Shown here: one piece after another, positions 15,281-22,937 of the stretch
Layout: every line of letters begins with the position of its first letter
Position numbering within the stretch: position 1 is the first letter of the stretch
Source of the DNA: Neobacillus sp. Marseille-Q6967
GTDB lineage: Bacteria; Bacillota; Bacilli; Bacillales; Cytobacillaceae
DNA: 24,000 bases
NCBI GenBank assembly: GCA_946151075.1
Contig: OX267715.1
Span: forward strand, 883,881-907,880
Reading direction: 5' to 3'
Position numbers and translations under genes: made by a program
The notes under the pieces: model-generated
What the model saw: only the letters and a program-made list of their open reading frames with translations
What the model was told of the DNA's origin: nothing
Databases searched by the model: none

Positions 15281-16819
15281 GTGATCCCAATTATTGAGTT
15301 TGATCTTGACTTGAAATCAATCCAAGAGATGAGAGATGTGGTAAAAAAAGCAAAAGAAGCACAAGCAAAGTTTCAGTATTTTTCACAGGAACAGGTAGAC
15401 CAAATCGTAAAACATGTGGCAGAAACAGCCTATAAGAAATCTGATATATTGGCCCAAATGGCGGTAGAGGAAACAGGAATGGGCGTTGTTGAACATAAAA
15501 AGATCAAAAACGAACTGGGCTCGATGGGTGTCTATGAATCTATTAAAGATGAGAAGACAGTCGGAGTGATCGGGTCAGATTCAAAGAGGAAAATAACGGA
15601 AATTGCTTATCCATTTGGCATCATTGCAGGGATTATCCCTACGACTAATCCTACTTCTACTGCTATTTTCAAGACTCTTATCTCACTAAAGACAAAAAAT
15701 GCTATTGTCGTAAGCCCTCATCCTTCTGCGGCCAAGTGTACAGTAGAAGCATTAAAAATTTGTTCACAGGCTGCTACTGAAGCTGGTGCTCCGGAAGGCG
15801 TAATTGGCTGGATGACCAAACCAACCATGTCAGCAACAACGGAACTTATGCACCACAAGGATATCAATTTAATTTTAGCAACGGGCGGAGGCGGTTTGGT
15901 TCGAGCTGCGTACAGTTCAGGAAAACCGGCATACGGTGTTGGGCCTGGAAATGTGCCGGTCTACATTGACAGGTCAGCCGACGTAAAACAGGCAGTCAGA
16001 ATGATTATTGATAGTAAATCCTTTGATAATGGAACCATTTGTGCGACTGAGCAATCTATTGTCGTTCATAAGAATATCAAAGAAATGACACTTAGAGAGT
16101 TAAAGAATAATGGCGGGTACTTATTAAATGAATCAGAAAAGGCAAGGGTTGAAGACGTTATATCTCCAATCAGGGGTAAGCTGAACCCAGCAATAGTGGG
16201 CAAAACCGCAGAAATTATTGCATCCATGGCAGGTATTCATGTTCCAGAAGGAACCCGTGTATTAATTGCCGAGGAGGATTTAATCGGAAAAGAAATACCA
16301 TTTTCCATTGAAAAACTATCTCCTATCTTAGGTTTCTATACAGCCAGTCATGTAGATAAGGGGTTAGAAATATGTCAGGGGTTATTAGATATTGGCGGAA
16401 GAGGGCATAGTCTCGCTCTTCATACGAATGATGAAGAAGTAGCCAAGCGGTTTGGCCTAGAAATGCCCGTTTCGCGGATTTTGGTCAATACCTTGGCATC
16501 CATCGGTGCAGCTGGAGCAACAACGGGGTTAACCGCTTCGTTAACACTTGGTTGTGGATCGTTTGGCGGGAATATAACCGGAGATAACATCACCGCTCGA
16601 CATTTAATTAATATAAAACGTATTGCGTATGGAATAAAGGATGTTAGCTTACCAAAGGCATTACAATCTAATAGAGGTAGAGTGGAAAAAGAATCGGCCA
16701 GTGTTGATGGTATAGTAGAACAGGTCTTAAAAGAAGTAAATGACAAAACACCTGGAATTAATTCGGACTTGATTGCAGAATTAGTTAAAAACGTCATGGC
16801 GCAGTATCAAAAACAATAG
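15281..16819 (+). CDS. CoA-acylating aldehyde dehydrogenase (PduP/EutE class) with C-terminal extension carrying two encapsulation-peptide-like helices
   Basis: It has IIPTTNPTST and a catalytic Cys in GTICATEQS. The GTG start follows AAGGAGAGAGGAG. The C-terminal tail contains ...SVDGIVEQVLKEVNDK...NSDLIAELVKNVMAQYQKQ. Confidence 0.85.
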   Translation: MIPIIEFDLDLKSIQEMRDVVKKAKEAQAKFQYFSQEQVDQIVKHVAETAYKKSDILAQMAVEETGMGVVEHKKIKNELGSMGVYESIKDEKTVGVIGSDSKRKITEIAYPFGIIAGIIPTTNPTSTAIFKTLISLKTKNAIVVSPHPSAAKCTVEALKICSQAATEAGAPEGVIGWMTKPTMSATTELMHHKDINLILATGGGGLVRAAYSSGKPAYGVGPGNVPVYIDRSADVKQAVRMIIDSKSFDNGTICATEQSIVVHKNIKEMTLRELKNNGGYLLNESEKARVEDVISPIRGKLNPAIVGKTAEIIASMAGIHVPEGTRVLIAEEDLIGKEIPFSIEKLSPILGFYTASHVDKGLEICQGLLDIGGRGHSLALHTNDEEVAKRFGLEMPVSRILVNTLASIGAAGATTGLTASLTLGCGSFGGNITGDNITARHLINIKRIAYGIKDVSLPKALQSNRGRVEKESASVDGIVEQVLKEVNDKTPGINSDLIAELVKNVMAQYQKQ

Positions 16820-16836
16820 GGGTTGAGCATTGTCAC

Positions 16837-17336
16837 AGTTTGTTGCGGATAACAAGAAATACTCTTGGATGGGGCGAAATACTCTCGGATGGGGCGAAAT
16901 ACTCTCGGAAGGCGAGAAATACTCTCGGAAGGCGAGAAATACTCTCGGATGGGGCGAAATACTCTCGGAAGGCGAGAAATACTCTCGGAAGGCGAGAAAT
17001 ACTCTCGGATGGGGCGAAATACTCTCGGAAGGCGAGAAATACTCTCGGAAGGCGAGAAATACTCTCGGATGGCGGAAAATACTTGCGGATGGCGGAAAAT
17101 ACTTGCGGATGTCGGAAAATACTTGCGGATGTCGGAAAATACTTGCGGATAGCGGAAAATACTTACGGATGGCGGAAAATACTTACGGATGGCGGAAAAT
17201 ACTTGCGGATGGCGGAAAATACTTGCGGATAGCGAGAAATACTAGCGGATAGCAAGAAATACTGGCGGATGGCGAGAAATACTGGCGGATAGCAAGAAAT
17301 ACTGGCGGATAGCGAGAAATGCTCTCGGCTAGCACA
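16837..17336. repeat. Array of about 24-25 tandem 20-bp direct repeats (consensus AAATACTnnCGGAnnGCGnn) inside the BMC operon
   Basis: Units start every 20 bp from 16857 to 17317, preceded by a degenerate unit at 16837. Sub-families occur in blocks: ACTCTCGGATGGGGCG and ACTCTCGGAAGGCGAG first, then ACTTGCGGATGGCGGA, then ACTGGCGGATAGCRAG. An exact 60-bp higher-order repeat occurs three times across 16877-17056. No stop codon occurs in any forward frame for about 300-400 bp. Confidence 0.95.
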
Positions 17337-17358
17337 CAAAAATTAGGAGGAATGTTAA

Positions 17359-17643
17359 ATGGCTATTAATGGTGCACTTGGGATGATTGAAACTAGAGGA
17401 TTGGTCGCTTCCTTGGAAGCAGCAGATGCGATGGTCAAGGCCGCAAATGTAAATTTAGTGGGAAAAGTTCATGTTGGCGGAGGGATCGTAACTGTACTTG
17501 TAACAGGGGACGTAGGGGCAGTAAAAGCCGCAACTGAGGCAGGTAGTGAAGCGGCACAACGTGTGGGTGAGATTCTCTCCGTTCACGTCATTCCAAGACC
17601 ACATAATGAACTCCAAATGATTTTACCGAAATTTGAGGGATAA
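17359..17643 (+). CDS. BMC-H shell protein (PduA/EutM type hexamer, single Pfam BMC domain)
   Basis: It has [41 protein letters not shown] and [18 protein letters not shown] is present. Confidence 0.9.
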   Translation: MAINGALGMIETRGLVASLEAADAMVKAANVNLVGKVHVGGGIVTVLVTGDVGAVKAATEAGSEAAQRVGEILSVHVIPRPHNELQMILPKFEG

Positions 17644-17669
17644 TAGTTTAAAAGAGTGAGGCTCATAAG

Positions 17670-18326
17670 ATGATTAATCTAAACTCACAACGGATTGTCG
17701 AAGAGGTGTTAAAGCAGCTGCAGGAAAGAATGAATTCAAAAACCGAAACCCCCATTGGAGTTTCCGCCCGGCATTGCCATTTTAATGAAAAAGATTTAGA
17801 AACCCTATTTGGAAAAGGTTATCAACTTACGAAAAAGACAGATTTATTGCAGCCAGGGCAATTTGCGGCAAACGAAACCGTTACGATTGCGGGGCCAAAA
17901 GGAAGTATTGAGAGAGTGAGGGTACTTGGGCCTCTAAGGAACGCAACCCAAGTAGAAGTAAGTCAAACAGATGCGATGAAACTTGGGCTGAATCCCCCGA
18001 TACGAGAGTCGGGAAATTTACAGGGTTCTTCGCCCATTACCATTATTGGTCCAAAAGGGAGTATTTACCTTGAAGAAGGGTTGATTATTGCTCAAGCACA
18101 TATTCATATGCCGCCTGATGTTGCACGGCAGCTACATGTACAAGACGGGGATTATATAAAAGTGGAAATAGATAATCCGATACGCCCAATATCTTTTGAG
18201 AAAGTAAGGATAAGAATCTCGTCTAAATATGTATTGGAAATGCATATCGATACGGATGAAGCCAATGCGGGTTTTATCAAAAGCGGACAAAAAGGAAAAA
18301 TCATTAATGCAGGCAAAATCCTATGA
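17670..18326 (+). CDS. pduL: Phosphate propanoyl/acyl-transferase PduL (PTAC) with N-terminal encapsulation-peptide-like helix
   Basis: It shows the duplicated PduL fold signature: GVSARHCHF..., VRVLGPLR, AQAHIHMPPD and LEMHIDTDEANA. The N-terminus is NSQRIVEEVLKQLQERM. Confidence 0.85.
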   Translation: MINLNSQRIVEEVLKQLQERMNSKTETPIGVSARHCHFNEKDLETLFGKGYQLTKKTDLLQPGQFAANETVTIAGPKGSIERVRVLGPLRNATQVEVSQTDAMKLGLNPPIRESGNLQGSSPITIIGPKGSIYLEEGLIIAQAHIHMPPDVARQLHVQDGDYIKVEIDNPIRPISFEKVRIRISSKYVLEMHIDTDEANAGFIKSGQKGKIINAGKIL

Positions 18327-18979
18327 TCAATAAAGAATTGATTGAAGAAATCGTTAAAGAAATCCTGCGGAAAATCGATTCTCCCATAAAAAACAAACTT
18401 CTTGTAAATCATCGAGGTATGGAAAAAGACCTTGAATCAATCGAATGGTTAAAGAGATACTGGCATGTAGTAGAGTTGACCAATGCGAATGAACATATCC
18501 CCCCATCTAGTCAAAATGCAGTCTTTTTAGAAGTAGACCAGGATTTATTTGTAAAGGCGGCTCTTGGAATTACTGATACGAAAGAGAGTCTACTCTTTTC
18601 AAAAATATTGCTTCACGGGATGCAAATTGATTTTATCCTTATTGACTCCTTATGGCGGGCTCTGAATGAAACTAATTCGCATACAAATAAGAGGTATTTA
18701 AAGATGTTATTAGGCTATCAAAATCAACTTAGTAATTTTGGGGTCCGCTTTTTTCCATCTTGCCACTATATAGTACCTGACCAAAAGAGTCCTAACATGA
18801 TAGGAGCCGAGTATCAAGAAAAATTGTTAACCAAAGCGGTAATTGATGGATGGAAAAAGGACTCCATCACAGTTAAGAGTAACACGATTATCACCCCAAT
18901 GGCCCGAGAGGCGGCAAAAGAAAGGAAGATTACTATATTAAGGGGTGAGGTAAATGACGAAAGCGTTAGGAATGATTGA
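18323..18979 (+). CDS. BMC-associated protein of unknown function with encapsulation-peptide-like N-terminus
   Basis: The ATGA overlap with the pduL stop indicates translational coupling. The N-terminus is MINKELIEEIVKEILRKI. The C-terminal ITPMAREAAKERKITI resembles a motif I associate with uncharacterised proteins found after pduL/eutD in Firmicute eut loci, from memory and unverified. Confidence 0.6.
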   Translation: MINKELIEEIVKEILRKIDSPIKNKLLVNHRGMEKDLESIEWLKRYWHVVELTNANEHIPPSSQNAVFLEVDQDLFVKAALGITDTKESLLFSKILLHGMQIDFILIDSLWRALNETNSHTNKRYLKMLLGYQNQLSNFGVRFFPSCHYIVPDQKSPNMIGAEYQEKLLTKAVIDGWKKDSITVKSNTIITPMAREAAKERKITILRGEVNDESVRND

Positions 18980-19223
18980 AACGATTGGAGTGGCAACCTC
19001 GATAAAGGCCGCTGACGAGATGTTAAAGAATTCATTTGTCCAAATTGTTAAGCAGTCAGTGGCAGATGCAGCGCTTATTACAATAATCATTGAAGGAGAT
19101 ATCAGTTCCGTAAAAGCAGCCGTCGAGGCAGGTGTCTTGATAGCGAAACAAAATAAAGCGCTTGTTTCGTTTAATGTCATACCTCACCCTGAAAAAGGTA
19201 CCAATCACTTAATCAGAGATTAA
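18954..19223 (+). CDS. Divergent BMC-H shell protein (single BMC domain)
   Basis: It has ALGMIETIGVATSIKAADEMLKNSFV, EGDISSVKAAVEAG and FNVIPHPE. The ATG follows GGGGTGAGG and the gene overlaps the preceding gene by 26 nt. Confidence 0.85.
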   Translation: MTKALGMIETIGVATSIKAADEMLKNSFVQIVKQSVADAALITIIIEGDISSVKAAVEAGVLIAKQNKALVSFNVIPHPEKGTNHLIRD

Positions 19224-19381
19224 CAGATGGAATGAGCATTATAAATCAAGTAAGATAAATTTTTTTACTATAAATTATCTTAATTTTTAGAAATTTAAGG
19301 AGGTGAATAAGAAGAAACGCCTCTTTTAATTGTTATCTTGGCTGAAAGGAATGTAAATCTTTAAGGAGAGAAGGGAGAAAA

Positions 19382-20983
19382 ATGTCTAAAGCTGGTCTCG
19401 CTTTGTTTGAACAGAAATCTACTGGCGGTATTGCACGGCAAATTAGTCCAATTGATACCATGATTTATTCAGCAGCAAATCCAGGGCTGATGTTTGCACT
19501 TGTGTATATTATGTGGGCACCATTCCTCTATCCAGGTGCACACATGGTTTGGGCAATATTAGCGGTGGCACAGATGTTTATTATTGCCGGCCTTTATTGG
19601 TTGTTATCCGTATCAATGCCAAGGTCTGGCGGTGAATATATCTACATTAGCCGGATTCTCCATCCCTCGTTGGGGCTGATGGCAAGCTTTATGATTACCT
19701 TTACTTCCATCTCATGGACGGGAATTCTTTTAAACTGGATTATCAAATGGTCAATCGTTCAATTCTTCTATACGATTGCAATCATGAATGGAAATGACGC
19801 AACTTGGCTCAACTTAGCTGAATTTTTTAATAGTAATTGGATGCACGCCATTCTCGGAACAGCCATGCTGATTTTCATCTACTATATCTACTATAAGGGA
19901 ACAAAGTGGATGGTTAGATTGGCTTATTTAACATTGGGGGCTACATTAGTTGGAGCTGTTGTCTTTATTATCGCAAACTTAATCACAGGTCAAGGAACAT
20001 TTGCGGCTAATTTTACAGAGCTTACTGGTTTAGCTTATGACGATGTTATTAAATTGGCGGCAGCAGATGGCTATACCACCGAGTTTTTATTCGGTGCTAC
20101 TATGATGGCTGGTTCAACTTATATTATTCTCAATACACTTGGTTCTACCTTTGGAGCGAATCTAGCAGGTGAAGTTCGTAACGTTCAAAAGTCCCAGTTG
20201 CTAGCCTTATTTGGTTCACTTGCCATTTTAATGATCGTGTGGGCAATTTTTTATGCTATGTCCTATATTAACTTTGGAGATATTTGGTCCAATAGTTTGT
20301 ATTATCTTTATAATTCAGGTCATGAGGCATATCCGTTTAAGGGGTATGATCCATTTATCACAATCATGATTGGAATCATGACAAAGAATCCCATTTTTGT
20401 CGTGTTAATCGCCATCTGTTTTGCGATTGCAACATTCGGATCAGCTGCTGGATTAGGGTTTGGACCTTCCCGGAATATGGTAGCATGGTCCTTTGACCGC
20501 TTAATTCCTAGTAAGTTTATGGAGCTTAATAAAAAGACCAATTCACCAACATATGCTTTAAGAACGGTTATCATCGGTGCATGGTTCTTCTTAATGCTGG
20601 ATATTTTCGTGCCATCTTGGACGGCTAATATTGCTTACACCATTTTCACATGGTTCCTTGCATGGATCTTCCTCGGTATTGCAGGTATTGTATTTTCAAC
20701 AAGAAAGAAGATACTTTTTAACTCCTCCCCGCCTATCGTAAAAACGAAATTCTTAGGGATGCATTTAGTGACGATTTTAGGCTGGTTAACTCTCGCAATC
20801 AGCGTGTCGATTTGCTACTATCTCCTAATCCCGTTTTTTAGAGGAGATTTACCATTTACGATGATTGTCGTATCCCTTGGTTTAATGTTAATCCCGATTA
20901 TTATTTATTTTGTCATGAAACGTCACCATGCAAAGAAAGGAATCGATATTGATATTCAATTCCAGGAAATTCCTTCAGACTAA
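19382..20983 (+). CDS. APC superfamily amino acid/amine permease
   Basis: It has at least 12 TM helices and an APC-type SMPRSGGEYIYISR motif, with an AAGGAGAGAAGGGAG SD. Confidence 0.8.
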   Translation: MSKAGLALFEQKSTGGIARQISPIDTMIYSAANPGLMFALVYIMWAPFLYPGAHMVWAILAVAQMFIIAGLYWLLSVSMPRSGGEYIYISRILHPSLGLMASFMITFTSISWTGILLNWIIKWSIVQFFYTIAIMNGNDATWLNLAEFFNSNWMHAILGTAMLIFIYYIYYKGTKWMVRLAYLTLGATLVGAVVFIIANLITGQGTFAANFTELTGLAYDDVIKLAAADGYTTEFLFGATMMAGSTYIILNTLGSTFGANLAGEVRNVQKSQLLALFGSLAILMIVWAIFYAMSYINFGDIWSNSLYYLYNSGHEAYPFKGYDPFITIMIGIMTKNPIFVVLIAICFAIATFGSAAGLGFGPSRNMVAWSFDRLIPSKFMELNKKTNSPTYALRTVIIGAWFFLMLDIFVPSWTANIAYTIFTWFLAWIFLGIAGIVFSTRKKILFNSSPPIVKTKFLGMHLVTILGWLTLAISVSICYYLLIPFFRGDLPFTMIVVSLGLMLIPIIIYFVMKRHHAKKGIDIDIQFQEIPSD

Positions 20984-21013
20984 TAGATTCTATAAAAATA
21001 CTTTTCTTACGGG

Positions 21014-21955
21014 GTGAGGAAGTTGAAAATATTTTATGCTGGAGATTTACATGGCGGCGAAACAGCCTTTCGTAAATTTACCAATGCCGGTAAGTTTTAT
21101 CAGGCAGATTTAGTCCTTTATGGCGGGGATTTTACAGGAAAAATGGTCGTTCCTATTGTGGAAAATGGGGGCGTTTATACTTGCCGTTATTATGGTTCTA
21201 CCGTGAAGGTTAAAAAAGCAAAAGAACTCCCCGATCTAGAACGAAATCTTAGGGATGCAGGATTTTACCCATTCACCGTATCGGAAGAGAAGTTAAATCG
21301 CTTAAATGAAAGTGATGCAGAGCAAATCATTAAAGAAAAACAAATGGAAGTATTGAAACAGTGGATCGAATTAGCGGATGAAAGGTTTAAAGCAGCAGGA
21401 ATTCCCTGCATTATGATTCCTGGAAGCGTGGATGATTTTTATCTAGATGAGTTATTAAATTCAGGAAGTTATGTACAAAACGGCGATGGAAAAATTATTG
21501 AGGTAAATGGTTTTGAAGTCTTATCCATTGGCGGCGGTATACCAAGCGTATTTAAATACCCGCGGGAGTTCAGTGAGGAAGAACTTGCAGCAAAAATTGA
21601 AAATCTTGCCTCACAGGTAAAAGACATGAATAAATGTATATTTAATATCCATATCCCTCCCCACAATACTGACCTAGATCAAGGTACACTGTATGATGAG
21701 GAGTTAAAGCCGGTTCTTGATGGTGATTCCTTGGCAACCGCCCCAATCGGAAGTAAAGCGGTGCGTAATGCCGTTGAAAAATATCAGCCGCTACTCTCTT
21801 TACATGGGCACGTGCATGAAAGCAGGGGAGTAACTGCCTTGGGCAGGACGATCTGTATCAACGCAGGAACCGATTATGACCAAGGGCTGCTAAGAGGGGC
21901 ATTAATAGACATTGATTCAGGAGGAAATGTGTCCTATACATTAACAGCAGGTTAA
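21014..21955 (+). CDS. Calcineurin-like metallophosphoesterase
   Basis: The motifs GDLHG, GGDFTGK, a mid-protein IHIPPH and C-terminal HGHVHES are present. The start codon is uncertain (GTG at 21014 or TTG at 21023). Confidence 0.7.
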   Translation: MRKLKIFYAGDLHGGETAFRKFTNAGKFYQADLVLYGGDFTGKMVVPIVENGGVYTCRYYGSTVKVKKAKELPDLERNLRDAGFYPFTVSEEKLNRLNESDAEQIIKEKQMEVLKQWIELADERFKAAGIPCIMIPGSVDDFYLDELLNSGSYVQNGDGKIIEVNGFEVLSIGGGIPSVFKYPREFSEEELAAKIENLASQVKDMNKCIFNIHIPPHNTDLDQGTLYDEELKPVLDGDSLATAPIGSKAVRNAVEKYQPLLSLHGHVHESRGVTALGRTICINAGTDYDQGLLRGALIDIDSGGNVSYTLTAG

Positions 21956-21964
21956 GGAAGGAGT

Positions 21965-22870
21965 ATGAGTGTGGAAATTATTTACAAAGAAAATGCTATT
22001 CTTAAAATGTCACCAAACAATCGGCCAATCAAAAAAGTGAACCCTGGAACTGAAGTAGTCTTTGAAACATATGACTGTTTCAGTAATCAAATTAAGCGGG
22101 AGGATCAACCATTTAGCTCTGTGGGGTGGGATAAGATCAATCCGGCTACCGGCCCATTGTTTATAGAAGGGGCGGAACCTGGGGATATTTTAAAGGTTGA
22201 GATTATAGATATTAAGATAGATAGTAAAGGTGTCATGACAACTGCACCTAAGCATGGAGTACTTGGGGATATTGTAACGGGTGAAACAACGAAAGTAATC
22301 CCGATTCAAGAAGGGAAAGCTATCTTCAATGACAAAATTCATATTCCGATTAAGCCGATGATTGGGGTGATTGGCACTGCACCTGCAAGAGAAGAAATAC
22401 CGACTGGAACCCCAGGCGCTCATGGCGGCAATATGGATTGCAAGAAAATCATTAAAGGATCTTGTCTCTACTTACCGGTTAATGTTCCTGGTGCGCTTCT
22501 TTCCATGGGAGATTTACATGCTGTTATGGCTGACGGCGAAATTGTTATCTGCGGATTGGAGATTCCAGGGGAAGTTACAGTCAAAGTTGATGTTATAAAA
22601 GGAGAATCGCTTCCGCTTCCGATGCTTGTCAGCGAAGACAGATTGATTACCATTGCCTCTGCTGAAACATTGGATGAGGCAGCGAAGCAAGCAACCGTGA
22701 ATATGCATCAATTTTTAGTGGAGCAGCTTGGCCTCCCTATTGATGAAGCAGGAATGCTCTTATCTTTAGTGGGTGACCTAAGAATCTGTCAGGTAGTAGA
22801 CCCCTTAATGACAGCTCGGATGGAACTGCCACAGTGGATTTTAGATCAATACGATTACCAAGTAAAATAA
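21965..22870 (+). CDS. Acetamidase/formamidase (FmdA_AmdA) family amidohydrolase
   Basis: It has NPATGPLFIEGAEPGDIL, GGNMDCKKI and GDLHAVMADGEI. The ATG lies 9 nt after the previous stop, with an AAGGAAGGAG SD. Confidence 0.8.
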   Translation: MSVEIIYKENAILKMSPNNRPIKKVNPGTEVVFETYDCFSNQIKREDQPFSSVGWDKINPATGPLFIEGAEPGDILKVEIIDIKIDSKGVMTTAPKHGVLGDIVTGETTKVIPIQEGKAIFNDKIHIPIKPMIGVIGTAPAREEIPTGTPGAHGGNMDCKKIIKGSCLYLPVNVPGALLSMGDLHAVMADGEIVICGLEIPGEVTVKVDVIKGESLPLPMLVSEDRLITIASAETLDEAAKQATVNMHQFLVEQLGLPIDEAGMLLSLVGDLRICQVVDPLMTARMELPQWILDQYDYQVK

Positions 22871-22881
22871 CCTAGTTAGTC

Positions 22882-22916
22882 GGTCAGTCCCCTAAGTGGG
22901 GCTGACCTATTATTTT
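22882..22916 (+). terminator. Intrinsic terminator closing the BMC-associated operon
   Basis: The stem GGTCAGTCCCC / GGGGCTGACC (one bulge) has loop TAAGT and is followed by TATTATTTT. Confidence 0.75.
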
Positions 22917-22937
22917 AAAAAATGAAGGAGTGAGGAA

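Noticed and set aside
16830-17252. Three overlapping forward ORFs (16830, 16840, 16865) encoding 95-140 aa repeat proteins.
   Set aside because: I do not annotate them as CDS. All three frames are open simply because the 20-bp unit contains no stop triplet. The starts are TTG codons without the strong SD seen at every other gene of the operon, and divergence follows the 20-bp unit rather than codons. Translation of one frame is kept only as a hypothesis under the repeat finding.
13863-19180. Antisense ORFs 13863-14090, 14644-14871, 16420-16797, 18152-18412, 18814-19035 and 18938-19180.
   Set aside because: All are on the strand opposite the densely packed BMC operon, and none has an SD or a domain signature.
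19249-19290. AT-rich hairpin (TAAGATAAATTT...AAATTATCTTA plus T-run) after the second shell gene, considered as a terminator.
   Set aside because: The stem is almost entirely A-T with a mismatch and is too weak to call. It may cause partial attenuation before the permease gene, but I cannot support that.
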